Source of the DNA: a virus
DNA: 64,000 bases
IMG/VR virus record: IMGVR_UViG_3300024313_000004
Coordinates: 32,001-96,000 of that record
Direction: 5' to 3' (one strand)
The number at the start of each line of letters is the position of its first letter. Position 1 is the first letter of the stretch. Positions 27,078-37,204 of this stretch are shown here, piece by piece. Under the pieces are notes generated by a model. That model had not been told where the DNA came from and did not search any database. It saw only the letters and a list, made by a program, of their open reading frames with translations. A program made the translations under genes and the position numbers.

Positions 27078-30062
27078 ATGGCTCAGAATATAGGAACATT
27101 AGTAGGTTCTGCAATAAGACCGATAGATAGTACAATGCCAATTGCATCAGCATTTGCATTTGAAATAAATGGTGGACACCATCAGGTTGGTACTTTAGTT
27201 GATAGAAATAATATAATGGTTCAGAGAAGGCAATGGGGTATGTTATGTACGGTTTATAATGACTCTGTTAACAATGGAACATATCAACTTAAATATGGTT
27301 ATAGTAGTACAGATTCAATGGATAATAGTAATTGGGTTTTATTTGGTGGTGGATCTGTCGGATCTGGAGTTTCCAATTGGAATGATCCTGTTATATCAAT
27401 TTCCACGACACCACCTACATATCCAGTTGATGGTGATAGATACCTTGTTGGTAAAAGTTCGACGGCTTCTTTAAGTGGTATATTTTCTAGTTTAACTAAT
27501 ACAGGATATGTTGGGAATCTAGTTGGTGGATATATTGCTGAATATAAAGATGCACTTAGTGGTTGGGAAACAACTCTACCTACTAATGGGATGACTATAA
27601 GAGTTAATAATGATGATAATTCATTTTATAGATATGAGGGAACATATTCGACTGGTCAATGGTATAAGGAAAGAGTTAATCAAGTTAGATCATTATTTGC
27701 AACAAGTGTTAATAAAATAGATTATACGGTAAGTACTGGTGACTTCTTCACATATTCAACCGAAGTAGTTTATTTGGTACAATTTGCAACTGCTAATTCA
27801 GGTGGTACTGCGTCTATAAATATCAATAGTTTGGGTACTAAGAATATGAAAAAGCAAACATCTACTGGAATTGTTGATTTGGATGCAAATGATTTAAATA
27901 CTACAGGTTTTTATCAACTCATATATGATGGTACATATTTTCGAGTAAATATTATAGGTGGTTCTAATACCGGTTCATCGTCTTTGAAGTATAAAATTGT
28001 CGAGGATGAAAGGATTGTTGTGCCTGCAAACTCTGAATATCTTTTATATGGTGATCTTGAGGTTAATGGTGTTTTAGATATTAGTTCAACAGGAAAAGTT
28101 GTTATAATAAACGGTGCATTAAATGTTAATGGTGGTACTGTTTCTAATTCTGCGAATGTATCATTAATTACTTTACCTACTTCATTAACAAGTGGGACTT
28201 CGGGAACAAGTGGGACTTCGGGAACAAGTGGGACTTCGGGAACAAGTGGGACTTCGGGAACAAGTGGTATAGCAGGTGATAGATATTTAACATTTACAAA
28301 TTCAAATCTAACAATAACAGATGTATTTGATACGATTTTATCATTTACTATAGAAACCGGATTTGCATATTCTATAAATCAATCTATAATAGTCACTCTA
28401 TCGTTAGGAAATTATATGGAGGCTATAGTAACAAGTTATGACTCTGGAACAGGTGCAATGACCGCAAAGGTTATAAATGGATATGGTAGTGGGAGTGGTA
28501 CAGGACCTTGGATTATAAATCTTGATGGTGCATCTGGTGGAGATGGAACTTCAGGAATTGATGGAACAAGTGGAACCTCGGGAATTGACGGAACTTCTGG
28601 AACAAGTGGAACCTCAGGAATTGATGGAGCTTCTGGAACAAGTGGAACTTCAGGAATTGATGGGGCTTCTGGAACAAGTGGAACCTCAGGAATTGATGGA
28701 GCTTCCGGAACAAGTGGAACTTCAGGAATTGATGGAGCTTCCGGAACAAGTGGAACTTCAGGAATTGACGGAACTTCTGGAACAAGTGGAACTTCTGGAA
28801 CAAGTGGAACCTCAGGAATTGATGGAGCTTCTGGAACAAGTGGAACTTCAGGAATTGATGGAGCTTCCGGAACAAGTGGAACCTCAGGAATTGACGGAAC
28901 TTCTGGGACAAGTGGAACCTCAGGAATTGACGGAACTTCTGGGACAAGTGGAACCTCAGGAACTTCTGGAACAAGTGGAACCTCAGGAATTGACGGAACT
29001 TCTGGGACAAGTGGAACTTCTGGAACAAGTGGAACCTCAGGAATTGACGGAACTTCTGGAACAAGTGGAATAACTTGGAATGGTGGAACGGTATCTAACC
29101 CAGTCTTCTTCACAAACACGGTTAGTTTAAATGGGTCGGTTGTTGGTGATATAGAATACCTCACGGATTATTCATCAACTTATACAAACAGAAGTTTAGT
29201 TGATAAAGAATATGTTGATACAAATATTTTATTCGAAACTGGTGGTGGATTAAACTCAACACAAAGAAAGAGTTTTGGAAATGCATTAGGTGCAAAGTCG
29301 TTCGCGTTGGGTACTGGAAACACAGCATCTGGTGAAAACTCTTCTATTCTTGGAGGACAAAATAATATTGTTAGTGGATTAAATGGTATTATATTAGGTG
29401 GTCAAATAAATAATGTTACAAATCAAGAAGGGTCTATCATTGGTGGTAATAATAACTCAGTTACAGCAAATAGGTCATCTATTTTAGGTGGTCGTGAGAA
29501 TGAGATAACTCAATCTGATGGTGTTATAATTGGTGGTATATTTAATACTGTTAGTGGTGCTAATTCAGTTATTATTGGTGGAACTGGAAGTTTCGTCAAT
29601 GGTATCAACTCTGTAATCATTGGTGGTGTGGGACTTACAAATAGTGTAAATAATACGGTTATGGTTCCAGATTTAAATGTTCAAGGTGGGGCATATGTAA
29701 ATAATAATTTAGATGTTGATGGACAAATATCAGTAGGAACAAGTTATTCGAACGCATTCACATCCAACACATTTAACTTTGACTGTGACCAAGGGATGGT
29801 GCAACATGTAGATGCACAAGGTATGTCAGCGAATGGTACTATCACTTTTAGTAATCAAAAAGAAGGTAGTACATATACATTATTATTCGTACAAGGAAGT
29901 GGTACATATGATGTAGTTTTACCAAGTGGTTATTGGTTAAACGATACAGCACCATTTGACTTTTCAACTGAGTTAGTCGATGATGAGAGAGCAATAATTA
30001 CAGCAACCTATATATTTAATGCTTGGTACTTTGCTGTTAAAAAAGTAACTTATGTTGCATGA
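27078..30062 (+). CDS. Tail fibre / adhesin-like protein with GTS collagen-like repeats
   Basis: (SGT)n/(SGIDG) runs; GGxxN-repeat beta-helix head; [18 protein letters not shown] fibre motif. Confidence 0.7.
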   Translation: MAQNIGTLVGSAIRPIDSTMPIASAFAFEINGGHHQVGTLVDRNNIMVQRRQWGMLCTVYNDSVNNGTYQLKYGYSSTDSMDNSNWVLFGGGSVGSGVSNWNDPVISISTTPPTYPVDGDRYLVGKSSTASLSGIFSSLTNTGYVGNLVGGYIAEYKDALSGWETTLPTNGMTIRVNNDDNSFYRYEGTYSTGQWYKERVNQVRSLFATSVNKIDYTVSTGDFFTYSTEVVYLVQFATANSGGTASININSLGTKNMKKQTSTGIVDLDANDLNTTGFYQLIYDGTYFRVNIIGGSNTGSSSLKYKIVEDERIVVPANSEYLLYGDLEVNGVLDISSTGKVVIINGALNVNGGTVSNSANVSLITLPTSLTSGTSGTSGTSGTSGTSGTSGTSGTSGIAGDRYLTFTNSNLTITDVFDTILSFTIETGFAYSINQSIIVTLSLGNYMEAIVTSYDSGTGAMTAKVINGYGSGSGTGPWIINLDGASGGDGTSGIDGTSGTSGIDGTSGTSGTSGIDGASGTSGTSGIDGASGTSGTSGIDGASGTSGTSGIDGASGTSGTSGIDGTSGTSGTSGTSGTSGIDGASGTSGTSGIDGASGTSGTSGIDGTSGTSGTSGIDGTSGTSGTSGTSGTSGTSGIDGTSGTSGTSGTSGTSGIDGTSGTSGITWNGGTVSNPVFFTNTVSLNGSVVGDIEYLTDYSSTYTNRSLVDKEYVDTNILFETGGGLNSTQRKSFGNALGAKSFALGTGNTASGENSSILGGQNNIVSGLNGIILGGQINNVTNQEGSIIGGNNNSVTANRSSILGGRENEITQSDGVIIGGIFNTVSGANSVIIGGTGSFVNGINSVIIGGVGLTNSVNNTVMVPDLNVQGGAYVNNNLDVDGQISVGTSYSNAFTSNTFNFDCDQGMVQHVDAQGMSANGTITFSNQKEGSTYTLLFVQGSGTYDVVLPSGYWLNDTAPFDFSTELVDDERAIITATYIFNAWYFAVKKVTYVA
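28188..28267 (+). repeat. 18-nt tandem repeat x4 (ACAAGTGGGACTTCGGGA)
   Basis: Four perfect copies plus a partial one, encoding TSGTSG. Confidence 0.95.
28545..29069 (+). repeat. Degenerate 9/27-nt tandem repeat block encoding SGTSGIDG(T/A)
   Basis: About 525 nt of GGAACAAGT/GGAACTTCA/GGAATTGAT units. Confidence 0.92.
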
Positions 30063-30669
30063 TAAATAGTATATTACCTGGAATTATAGGACAATTACAA
30101 TCAACACCTTGGTGTTCTCCAATAGTTGGAACAACTTGGGACACTACCGTAGGGACTTCTAATAATTCATTCTCCCTGCTTATGGTTTATATGATTACTC
30201 ACAGAGTATGATGATTTTTAAACAATCTGAAATAGGTTCTGGAGAAAAGCAAATAAATTCAATATCATTCCAACTTAGTAATTATTCAGGTGGTTATACT
30301 ATGAATACTCAAGTAATAAAATTAGCACACATAACAGATAGTCAATTCGGAACTTCTGTAAAAAGTGATTTGACAGGTATTGGTGGGTTGGCCGACTTAA
30401 CAACGGTAAAAAGTTTTAATTGGTCAACTTCAAATGGTTGGGTTACATTTACTTTTGATGATAATTTTTGCTATAATGGAGTTGACAACTTAATGGTTGT
30501 GTGGGAAAACAGAGATGGTAGTTGGGAAAGTGGCTACGGATGGGCTGAATCTCATACTACAGGAGGAGAGTTTTTATCGTGGTATGTATATCAAGATAAT
30601 ACCTACCCAACTAGTGAATTTGGTACAAGAAGTTCTGCTAGTAGAGCTAATACAAGATTAGGTTATTAA
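30059..30669 (+). pseudogene. Fibre-associated gene split by a -1 frameshift (30059-30211 + 30166-30669)
   Basis: ATG 30059 overlaps the fibre stop (ATGA); the downstream frame is open from 30166 and reads PAYGLYDYSQSMMIFKQSEIG. Confidence 0.6.
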
Positions 30670-30685
30670 AAAATAAATAGATAAA

Positions 30686-30904
30686 ATGATAGATTTAGTA
30701 GGTTTAATAAATGATTTATCGACAAACGGTGTTGTTGATTTAATAGGTGAGAATAACACACTTTCTTATATTTTAGTAATGAGTGATGTTACTGAAATAA
30801 CTGTTGTAGAAAATATATTAGAAAGTTATATAATAACAAAATATCCAAATAGAGTTACATCGACATTGGTGGATGGTATCTATAAGGCCCAATATGATAA
30901 ATAA
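30686..30904 (+). CDS. Small hypothetical protein
   Basis: ORF track. Confidence 0.6.
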   Translation: MIDLVGLINDLSTNGVVDLIGENNTLSYILVMSDVTEITVVENILESYIITKYPNRVTSTLVDGIYKAQYDK

Positions 30905-30954
30905 AGAAGTGTAATATCGATAATGATTATATTAATCAAAAATTCGTACTAATA

Positions 30955-31221
30955 TTATTTTATTATTTTTATTATATTTTCTAATGAAAATCCATCTAAT
31001 GGTTTTCCTCCATTTTTAAGATATTCTCCATAGATGTTATTATAATCATCTATAGTATAAAACTTTGAATCTATATCACAGAATATAACATTTGTGTCAT
31101 GTGACGTGATGGTTTTATTTTGTAATCTAGTTTCACCATAACCAGGTCCTATTGGTCCGATAAGTTCGGTTCCATTTACTTCTTCTTTAATGAAGTCGTT
31201 AAATCTTTTAATTATCATCAT
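30955..31221 (-). CDS. Hypothetical protein (MIIKRFNDFIKEE family)
   Basis: ORF; shared N-terminal motif. Confidence 0.7.
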   Translation of the reverse strand: MMIIKRFNDFIKEEVNGTELIGPIGPGYGETRLQNKTITSHDTNVIFCDIDSKFYTIDDYNNIYGEYLKNGGKPLDGFSLENIIKIIK

Positions 31222-31681
31222 CGTTACTAACTTCTATTTTTTCAAAATATTCATCTTGTTCTTGTAATGAATATTCTCTTTTTTTATTATTAAAAATTAT
31301 ATTGTATAAGAATCTATCTTCTAATTCATGTTTTTCATCACCTTTCATGTATATGGTACAAACATCCTCTTCAAATATATTTTCAACTCTTATTATCTCC
31401 AATCCAAATTTGCCATATTTATCATTTAGGTCACATATAACTTTTTTCTTTTCTGAAAGAAGTTCCTTTAACTTTGAAAAGGTTGAGTTCTTTGATAGAT
31501 ACATAAAGTCCTTTGAGTTTTTATCATTAAAATCTTTGGTTTCTTTATATAAATTTAAAAAACCTATTTCCTTATTGGTTAATCCTTTATTATTATCAAC
31601 CTTATCTAATATTCTATTTAACTCAATCTCTTTCATAGATTTGCCAAATATATAATATTTTATGAGTTTTTTAATCTTCAT
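31208..31681 (-). CDS. Hypothetical protein with DUF6576-like module
   Basis: Start likely 31681 after rc TAATATATA 31702-31710; ELNRILDKVDNNKGLTNKEIGFL. Confidence 0.65.
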   Translation of the reverse strand: MKIKKLIKYYIFGKSMKEIELNRILDKVDNNKGLTNKEIGFLNLYKETKDFNDKNSKDFMYLSKNSTFSKLKELLSEKKKVICDLNDKYGKFGLEIIRVENIFEEDVCTIYMKGDEKHELEDRFLYNIIFNNKKREYSLQEQDEYFEKIEVSNDDDN

Positions 31682-31766
31682 ACTATCTCTATTTTCTATC
31701 ATATATATTAATAAGTGTAAATGATTTTTTTATATATAGTTTATATACTAAAATTTATAGTAGGAA

Positions 31767-34700
31767 ATGGATCAAAAGTTATTAAATGCATTAAATAATC
31801 TATCAGAGGCACTTCAGGAGATATCGGATGCTCTTAAAAGTAAAGGTGGTAATTCCGCAACTGCTAACGCATTACAAAGTGGTGACTTTATTTCTGAGAT
31901 AAAGGAAATAAGTGTTGGTATAAAACAACTTCAAATTGATAATAAAAAGATATTAAAGAATCAAGAGACTATAATACAACTTTCTAAAAAGGCCGCGGGT
32001 GATAAAAAGAGTGATTTTGAAAAAGCGGGTGGTGATAAAAAACAGGAAAGTAATATTAAAAAGGGAGTTGGTACTATATTATTAATTGCGGTTGCGGTAT
32101 TGGCTATAGGTGTGGCATTTAAGCTTGTTGGTGGTATAGATTTTTTATCTGTTATTGGTTTATCTATTGCTATATTAGTGGTTGCTAAGGCATTCGAGCA
32201 AGTTGCCTTACTAAAAATGAGTCTAAAGGAATCTGCAATTGTATCTGCTGCTCTTATTATGATGGCAACTGGTATAACTATATCATCTTGGATAATGTCT
32301 AAAATTAGTACAATTTCAATTGCACAATCTTTAACTGCTATTTTAATTGGTGTTGGATTTAGTACTATGGCACCTGCTATACGTAATATCATATCATCAT
32401 TCGGTGGAATGGGTTGGGGTAGTATTATTAAAGCGGCTGTTGGTTTGGTTATGGTATTGCCAGCAATTGCAATGGGTATTACCTTATCATCTTGGGTATT
32501 GAGAATGATTACACCTATTGGATTTGGTCAGGCTATTACTGCGATTTTAATAGCTGGTATGTTTACGGTTCTTTCTTTCTCTATTAAGAAATTAATAAAA
32601 GCATTTGGTACCGGATTTGGTACTTTGGTTAAGGCAGTATTATTTTTACCATTGGTTCTGCCTGCAATTGCATTAGGTATTGCCATGTCTTCTTGGGTGT
32701 TACAAAAAATAACTCCAATTACATTTTCTCAAGCAGTTAGTGCAATTTTAATTGGTGCTATGTTTACGGTTATTGCATTTGGTTTAAAGAAGTTATTGGG
32801 TGCATTTGGTGGCAACGCTATAATTGGGTTGGGTGCCGCTATATTATTTTTACCAACTGTTATGGGTGCTATTGCAGATGGTATTGTTCGTGCATCAAGC
32901 CACTTGAAGAAAACTGAAAAAGTAGGTTGGACTCAAGCTTGGAGTGCGATATTAATTGCTGGGATATTTACAGTTATATCGTTTGGGTTGAAAAATATTA
33001 TGAATGCTATGGATTCTATAGATAATCCATTGGGTATTTTATTGGTTCCTCTTTTATTACCTGCAGTTGCTTACGCTATACAACTTTCATCAGAACCATT
33101 GAGTAAAGTGAGTCTTATGACAATGGATCAGTTTTGGACATCTTTGGGTATATCAGTTCTTTTTATTGCATTTGCATTTGCATTAAAATTAATAGGACCT
33201 TCTATTGAGAAAATAGGTATGGGTGTGATAATTAAAATACCTTTGATGTTTACTGCACTTTCTGGTGCGATTTGGGCATCTTCTAAAATATTATCACAGG
33301 CTGATGTTATGTCTGATGATTTTTTAATGGGTTTACTTAAATTCTCAACAGTATTGGCCATTTCGGTTGCGGCTATGGCTGGCGTTACGTTTCTTCTTAA
33401 TAAAGTTGGTTTTACAAATATCATTAAGGGTGTTATTGCTATACCTATTATAGCTGGTGTTATAATGGCATCATCTTTAATTTTATCACTTGGTAAATAT
33501 GATAAAAAATCATATCCTAGTCTTGATTGGGCATTGGGTGTTGCTGCTAGTGTTGGTGGTTTTGCATTAGGTGCTGCTATTTTAGGACCAATGGTATTTG
33601 GTCCTCAGGCATTCTTATTTGCTGCTGGTTTGGCTGCAGTTCTTGCGGTTGCGGGAACTGTTGTTGCGGCCTCTCATATTCTTTCTAAAGGTGATTATAA
33701 GGGAGGTCCTGATTTGATTTGGTCATTAAGTGTGTCTAAAGTGATGAAGATTTTTGGTGGTTTGACTGCACTTCTTGGGGTTATGCCCAAATCTTGGGTA
33801 AAGGATGGTAATAAGGCTATACGATCTGTTGTAGATTCTATCGTTTATGCCGCTTGGATTTTCAAAGGTGCCGATGCTGCATTTACTGGTGGTCCGACAA
33901 AAGCTTGGGCTGAGGGAGTAGGTATTGCCATTGGTGCATTCTCACCAGTTTATGCTATGATGATGGCAAATGGTGTTGCTAAACTTTTTGGTGGTGGTGG
34001 TGTTGGACCTAAAGAGTTTTCTGATGCTATACGAACGGTATCTAGGGGTATTATAGATGCTGCAGGTATTTTTGCCAATCCTGAAAATACTGCGGTTTGG
34101 ATAAATGGTCCGACAAAGGCCTGGGCTGAGGGAGTAGGTACCGCAATTTCCGCATTCTCTCCTGTTTATTCTATGTTATTGAAAAATGGGATTGCTAAAC
34201 TTTTTGGTGGTGGTGGTGTTGGACCTAAGGATTTTGCATTGGCAATAACGACTATATCTCAAGGTATTATAGATGCGGCAGGTATTTTCGCAGAAAATGT
34301 TTCAAGTTTCGAAGAAGGTAAATATCCATCTAGTGAATGGGGTAAAGGTGTTGGTGGCGCTATAACTGCATTTGCTCCAGTATTTAAAGCATTGAGTGAG
34401 GATACTGGTTGGTTTACATCAGGTGACGAAGTTATCAATAATATGGTAAATGGTGTTCTTACCGTTGCGGGTGCTATCGTAGGTGTTGCAAATAAGTTTT
34501 CTGCTGATGATGTGAATTGGACTAAGTTTCCTGATAAAAACTGGTCATATCACATTAAAAATGTAGTTAATTCTTATGTTGCTTTATCAAATAGTGTTAA
34601 TAAGAAAAAGGTTACATGGTCTACACTTAATAGTCTAAGAAATGTTGTTAATTCGATTGCAACTACCGCAAGGATTTTTGGTAAAAATAGTAAGTACTTT

Positions 34701-35225
34701 AATATGGATATAAATCCAGACTTTATGAAATCTATATCATCTAATATTTATTATTATATGGAGGTATATGATAGACTTCAAAATAGAAGTGGTGGATTAA
34801 CTGGTTTTCTTAAAAACACATTCAATAGTGATCCTGTTATAAGTATGTCAAAGGGTATGGTTGTTCTTGCTAAGGCTTATGATAGGTTGGCAAACTCACT
34901 CACTAAAATGGGTAAGGCGATGGATAGTTTGAATGATAAGAAGATTTCTCAGCTAGAGAGAATGTCTAATATCGCAGCACCTAGTTTAATTGGATATTCA
35001 GGTACTCCTAAGATGTCTAATGTTAATTCACCTGACTCTGCCAGTTCGAAGAGATCTTCAGTTGATAGTTCGAAGAGTATTAAGGGTAAATATGGATCTT
35101 CTATGGAACAGAATGATATTATTATCGAATTGCTTAAAAAGTTAAACTCTAATATTGGTGAAGAATCAATACTTTCAATGTATTTATTGAAAAACATGGA
35201 GAATAAAGATTCTACAATGTATTAA
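31767..35225 (+). CDS. Tape-measure-like protein
   Basis: 1152 aa, Ala/Gly/Ile-rich amphipathic and hydrophobic repeats (A/SILIAGMFTV x4; GPTKAWAEGVG x2). Confidence 0.75.
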   Translation: MDQKLLNALNNLSEALQEISDALKSKGGNSATANALQSGDFISEIKEISVGIKQLQIDNKKILKNQETIIQLSKKAAGDKKSDFEKAGGDKKQESNIKKGVGTILLIAVAVLAIGVAFKLVGGIDFLSVIGLSIAILVVAKAFEQVALLKMSLKESAIVSAALIMMATGITISSWIMSKISTISIAQSLTAILIGVGFSTMAPAIRNIISSFGGMGWGSIIKAAVGLVMVLPAIAMGITLSSWVLRMITPIGFGQAITAILIAGMFTVLSFSIKKLIKAFGTGFGTLVKAVLFLPLVLPAIALGIAMSSWVLQKITPITFSQAVSAILIGAMFTVIAFGLKKLLGAFGGNAIIGLGAAILFLPTVMGAIADGIVRASSHLKKTEKVGWTQAWSAILIAGIFTVISFGLKNIMNAMDSIDNPLGILLVPLLLPAVAYAIQLSSEPLSKVSLMTMDQFWTSLGISVLFIAFAFALKLIGPSIEKIGMGVIIKIPLMFTALSGAIWASSKILSQADVMSDDFLMGLLKFSTVLAISVAAMAGVTFLLNKVGFTNIIKGVIAIPIIAGVIMASSLILSLGKYDKKSYPSLDWALGVAASVGGFALGAAILGPMVFGPQAFLFAAGLAAVLAVAGTVVAASHILSKGDYKGGPDLIWSLSVSKVMKIFGGLTALLGVMPKSWVKDGNKAIRSVVDSIVYAAWIFKGADAAFTGGPTKAWAEGVGIAIGAFSPVYAMMMANGVAKLFGGGGVGPKEFSDAIRTVSRGIIDAAGIFANPENTAVWINGPTKAWAEGVGTAISAFSPVYSMLLKNGIAKLFGGGGVGPKDFALAITTISQGIIDAAGIFAENVSSFEEGKYPSSEWGKGVGGAITAFAPVFKALSEDTGWFTSGDEVINNMVNGVLTVAGAIVGVANKFSADDVNWTKFPDKNWSYHIKNVVNSYVALSNSVNKKKVTWSTLNSLRNVVNSIATTARIFGKNSKYFNMDINPDFMKSISSNIYYYMEVYDRLQNRSGGLTGFLKNTFNSDPVISMSKGMVVLAKAYDRLANSLTKMGKAMDSLNDKKISQLERMSNIAAPSLIGYSGTPKMSNVNSPDSASSKRSSVDSSKSIKGKYGSSMEQNDIIIELLKKLNSNIGEESILSMYLLKNMENKDSTMY

Positions 35226-35255
35226 ACAAAATTTATTTTAAACCATATAAATAAT

Positions 35256-35690
35256 ATGGTGAAAAAATTAAACGTTGTTAAAAAATTGAGATTATTCTCA
35301 TCGTATAAGAAATCTATTAAATCAATAAAAGATATGTTAGAGAAAAACTTTAATATAAGAGTTGATAGTGCATATAGAATGTATACGGTTATTAATATTC
35401 CTGAAGAATTGATCGGTGAGGCCTTTTCTCTTAAAAAATCGGATATAGATAGAATTTCTGAGACTTATATAAAGGAGTATCTTTCTGAATTAAATAATTT
35501 TTTAAATAAAAATGGTCTATCTGAAATTTTTGAACTATATAGTAGTAAAAAGGTTGATAAGTATTCCTATTTAGTTATAGTTGGCTTTTCACTATTTAGA
35601 AGTGATAAGTTTTATAATAGATTATATTGGCGATTTATACCAATAATATCTACTATTGTATTATCAATTTTATTTTTCTTTCTATTATAG
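35256..35690 (+). CDS. Membrane protein with C-terminal TM
   Basis: FIPIISTIVLSILFFFLL C-terminus. Confidence 0.7.
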   Translation: MVKKLNVVKKLRLFSSYKKSIKSIKDMLEKNFNIRVDSAYRMYTVINIPEELIGEAFSLKKSDIDRISETYIKEYLSELNNFLNKNGLSEIFELYSSKKVDKYSYLVIVGFSLFRSDKFYNRLYWRFIPIISTIVLSILFFFLL

Positions 35691-35749
35691 AAAACTTTTA
35701 ATTAAATTTTTATTATAAATATAAATAAAATATAAACAAATATAAAATT

Positions 35750-36196
35750 ATGGCAAAGGAAACAACAGATGCGTTCTATAAATTAGACGAAACAACAGAA
35801 GAACTTTTTATGGATGTCTTCAATAAGAAGTCATTTCCGGTGAATGTTGGTTTCCAATTTATTGGAAGCTCTAAACAAAAACAATTGATTAAAGTTGCAA
35901 AAATCTCCGATGATTTTGCGTTTGTACTCAAAAAGGATCTTAAAATTATAATCAATGAGGATCTTTTAAATGTTTTTGATGAAGAATCAATTACAATTCT
36001 TATCGAACAGGAGATTGATAAAATCAATATCAATATGGAAAGTGGTAAGATTAAATTAGTTGGAACTGATTTAAATACATTTTCATCAATTGTTAATAAA
36101 TATGGTGTTGAGAAAGTAACGAAAGCTAACGGGACACAAGAGTTGTATGCTGAACAAAAAAAAGATGCTAAGACAGACGAAGAATTTATTATCTAA
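35750..36196 (+). CDS. Putative phage metallopeptidase-like protein, apparently lacking HExxH
   Basis: ITILIEQEIDKI...DLNTFSSIVNKYG resembles LIDHELCH...DVEEF..IVxRYG. Confidence 0.35.
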   Translation: MAKETTDAFYKLDETTEELFMDVFNKKSFPVNVGFQFIGSSKQKQLIKVAKISDDFAFVLKKDLKIIINEDLLNVFDEESITILIEQEIDKININMESGKIKLVGTDLNTFSSIVNKYGVEKVTKANGTQELYAEQKKDAKTDEEFII

Positions 36197-36198
36197 TT

Positions 36199-36456
36199 AT
36201 GAGTATTATAACAACTAAATATATATCAGCACTTCAAAAAAGATATGAAGCTGAAATGGCAGAGGCAGAGGCAAATATTGTTCTTTATCTTTCCGGTCAA
36301 AATCTTGCCGCAATTGGAGAACACTCTGATTTGATGGAAGAACAGGATAAATGGATCGAAAAATATACAAATGCTAAAGATAAGTTGGAAACATTGAAGT
36401 CTTTGGATTTAAATGATCCTTCTAAAACAAAATCAAGTGAAAGAATCAACGGCTAG
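36199..36456 (+). CDS. Conserved small coiled-coil phage protein
   Basis: AIGEHSDLMEEQDKW...AKDKLETL. Confidence 0.7.
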   Translation: MSIITTKYISALQKRYEAEMAEAEANIVLYLSGQNLAAIGEHSDLMEEQDKWIEKYTNAKDKLETLKSLDLNDPSKTKSSERING

Positions 36457-36483
36457 TTCGTATAAAATAAAATAAAAATAAAT

Positions 36484-37155
36484 ATGTCAAATATTGAAAC
36501 AAATGTAGTAAAACCAGAAATTAAGTTTTTCGAAAATAATATCGAAAATTTAACAATTGATCCTTCTAATGAAGTTTTATTGGATAAAAAAATCCAAACA
36601 ATAGAGGATTTTATGACGACAAATGATGGTAAGGGTAAAACCGAAGAAGAAAAGGATACTCTTTATAGAGATTCGCAAGAATTATGGCAAGATTATACAA
36701 ACTCTTTAAGAGATGTTAAGTATAACTTCCATCTTAATAGAGTTCAGTGGAAATTCTTAACGGATTTAATCTTACAAAAATTAGAGTATGATGTTAACAC
36801 AGTATTCTTTGCTATTGAATTAACTGATTTATTGGGAACAATGAGAGAGGTTAAATATACAAATGATGAGGAACTTATTTCATTCCCTGTTAATGCAACA
36901 GAAATTACTTATATTTACCATTTAATTTCTAAACATAAAGTTAAAGGATTAACGAAAGACTCTTATACTTTTTCTAAGGTTTTAGTTAGAATTGGTAATA
37001 TCAGTAAGTTATTTAATTATTATGATTCTTATGCGAAAAACCTTTCTACAGAAATCCAAAATTGGGTAACTTCATTTGAAGAAGGTGTTATTACTGAGAC
37101 AAAAGTAAAAAAAACCAAATCTAAGAAAGTAGAACTTGAGACAACTCAAGATTAA
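36484..37155 (+). CDS. Hypothetical protein
   Basis: ORF track. Confidence 0.75.
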   Translation: MSNIETNVVKPEIKFFENNIENLTIDPSNEVLLDKKIQTIEDFMTTNDGKGKTEEEKDTLYRDSQELWQDYTNSLRDVKYNFHLNRVQWKFLTDLILQKLEYDVNTVFFAIELTDLLGTMREVKYTNDEELISFPVNATEITYIYHLISKHKVKGLTKDSYTFSKVLVRIGNISKLFNYYDSYAKNLSTEIQNWVTSFEEGVITETKVKKTKSKKVELETTQD

Positions 37156-37169
37156 ATTTCTACCAAAAT

Positions 37170-37199
37170 AAAAAGCCTTTGATACTTCAAAGGCTTTTT
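37170..37199. terminator. Bidirectional intrinsic terminator
   Basis: AAAAAGCCTTTGA-TACT-TCAAAGGCTTTTT between convergent genes. Confidence 0.88.
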
Positions 37200-37204
37200 A
37201 TTTT

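Noticed and set aside
28436-29164. Three minus-strand ORFs (28436, 28513, 28522)
   Set aside because: Shadow ORFs created by the stop-free GTS repeat block of the tail fibre.
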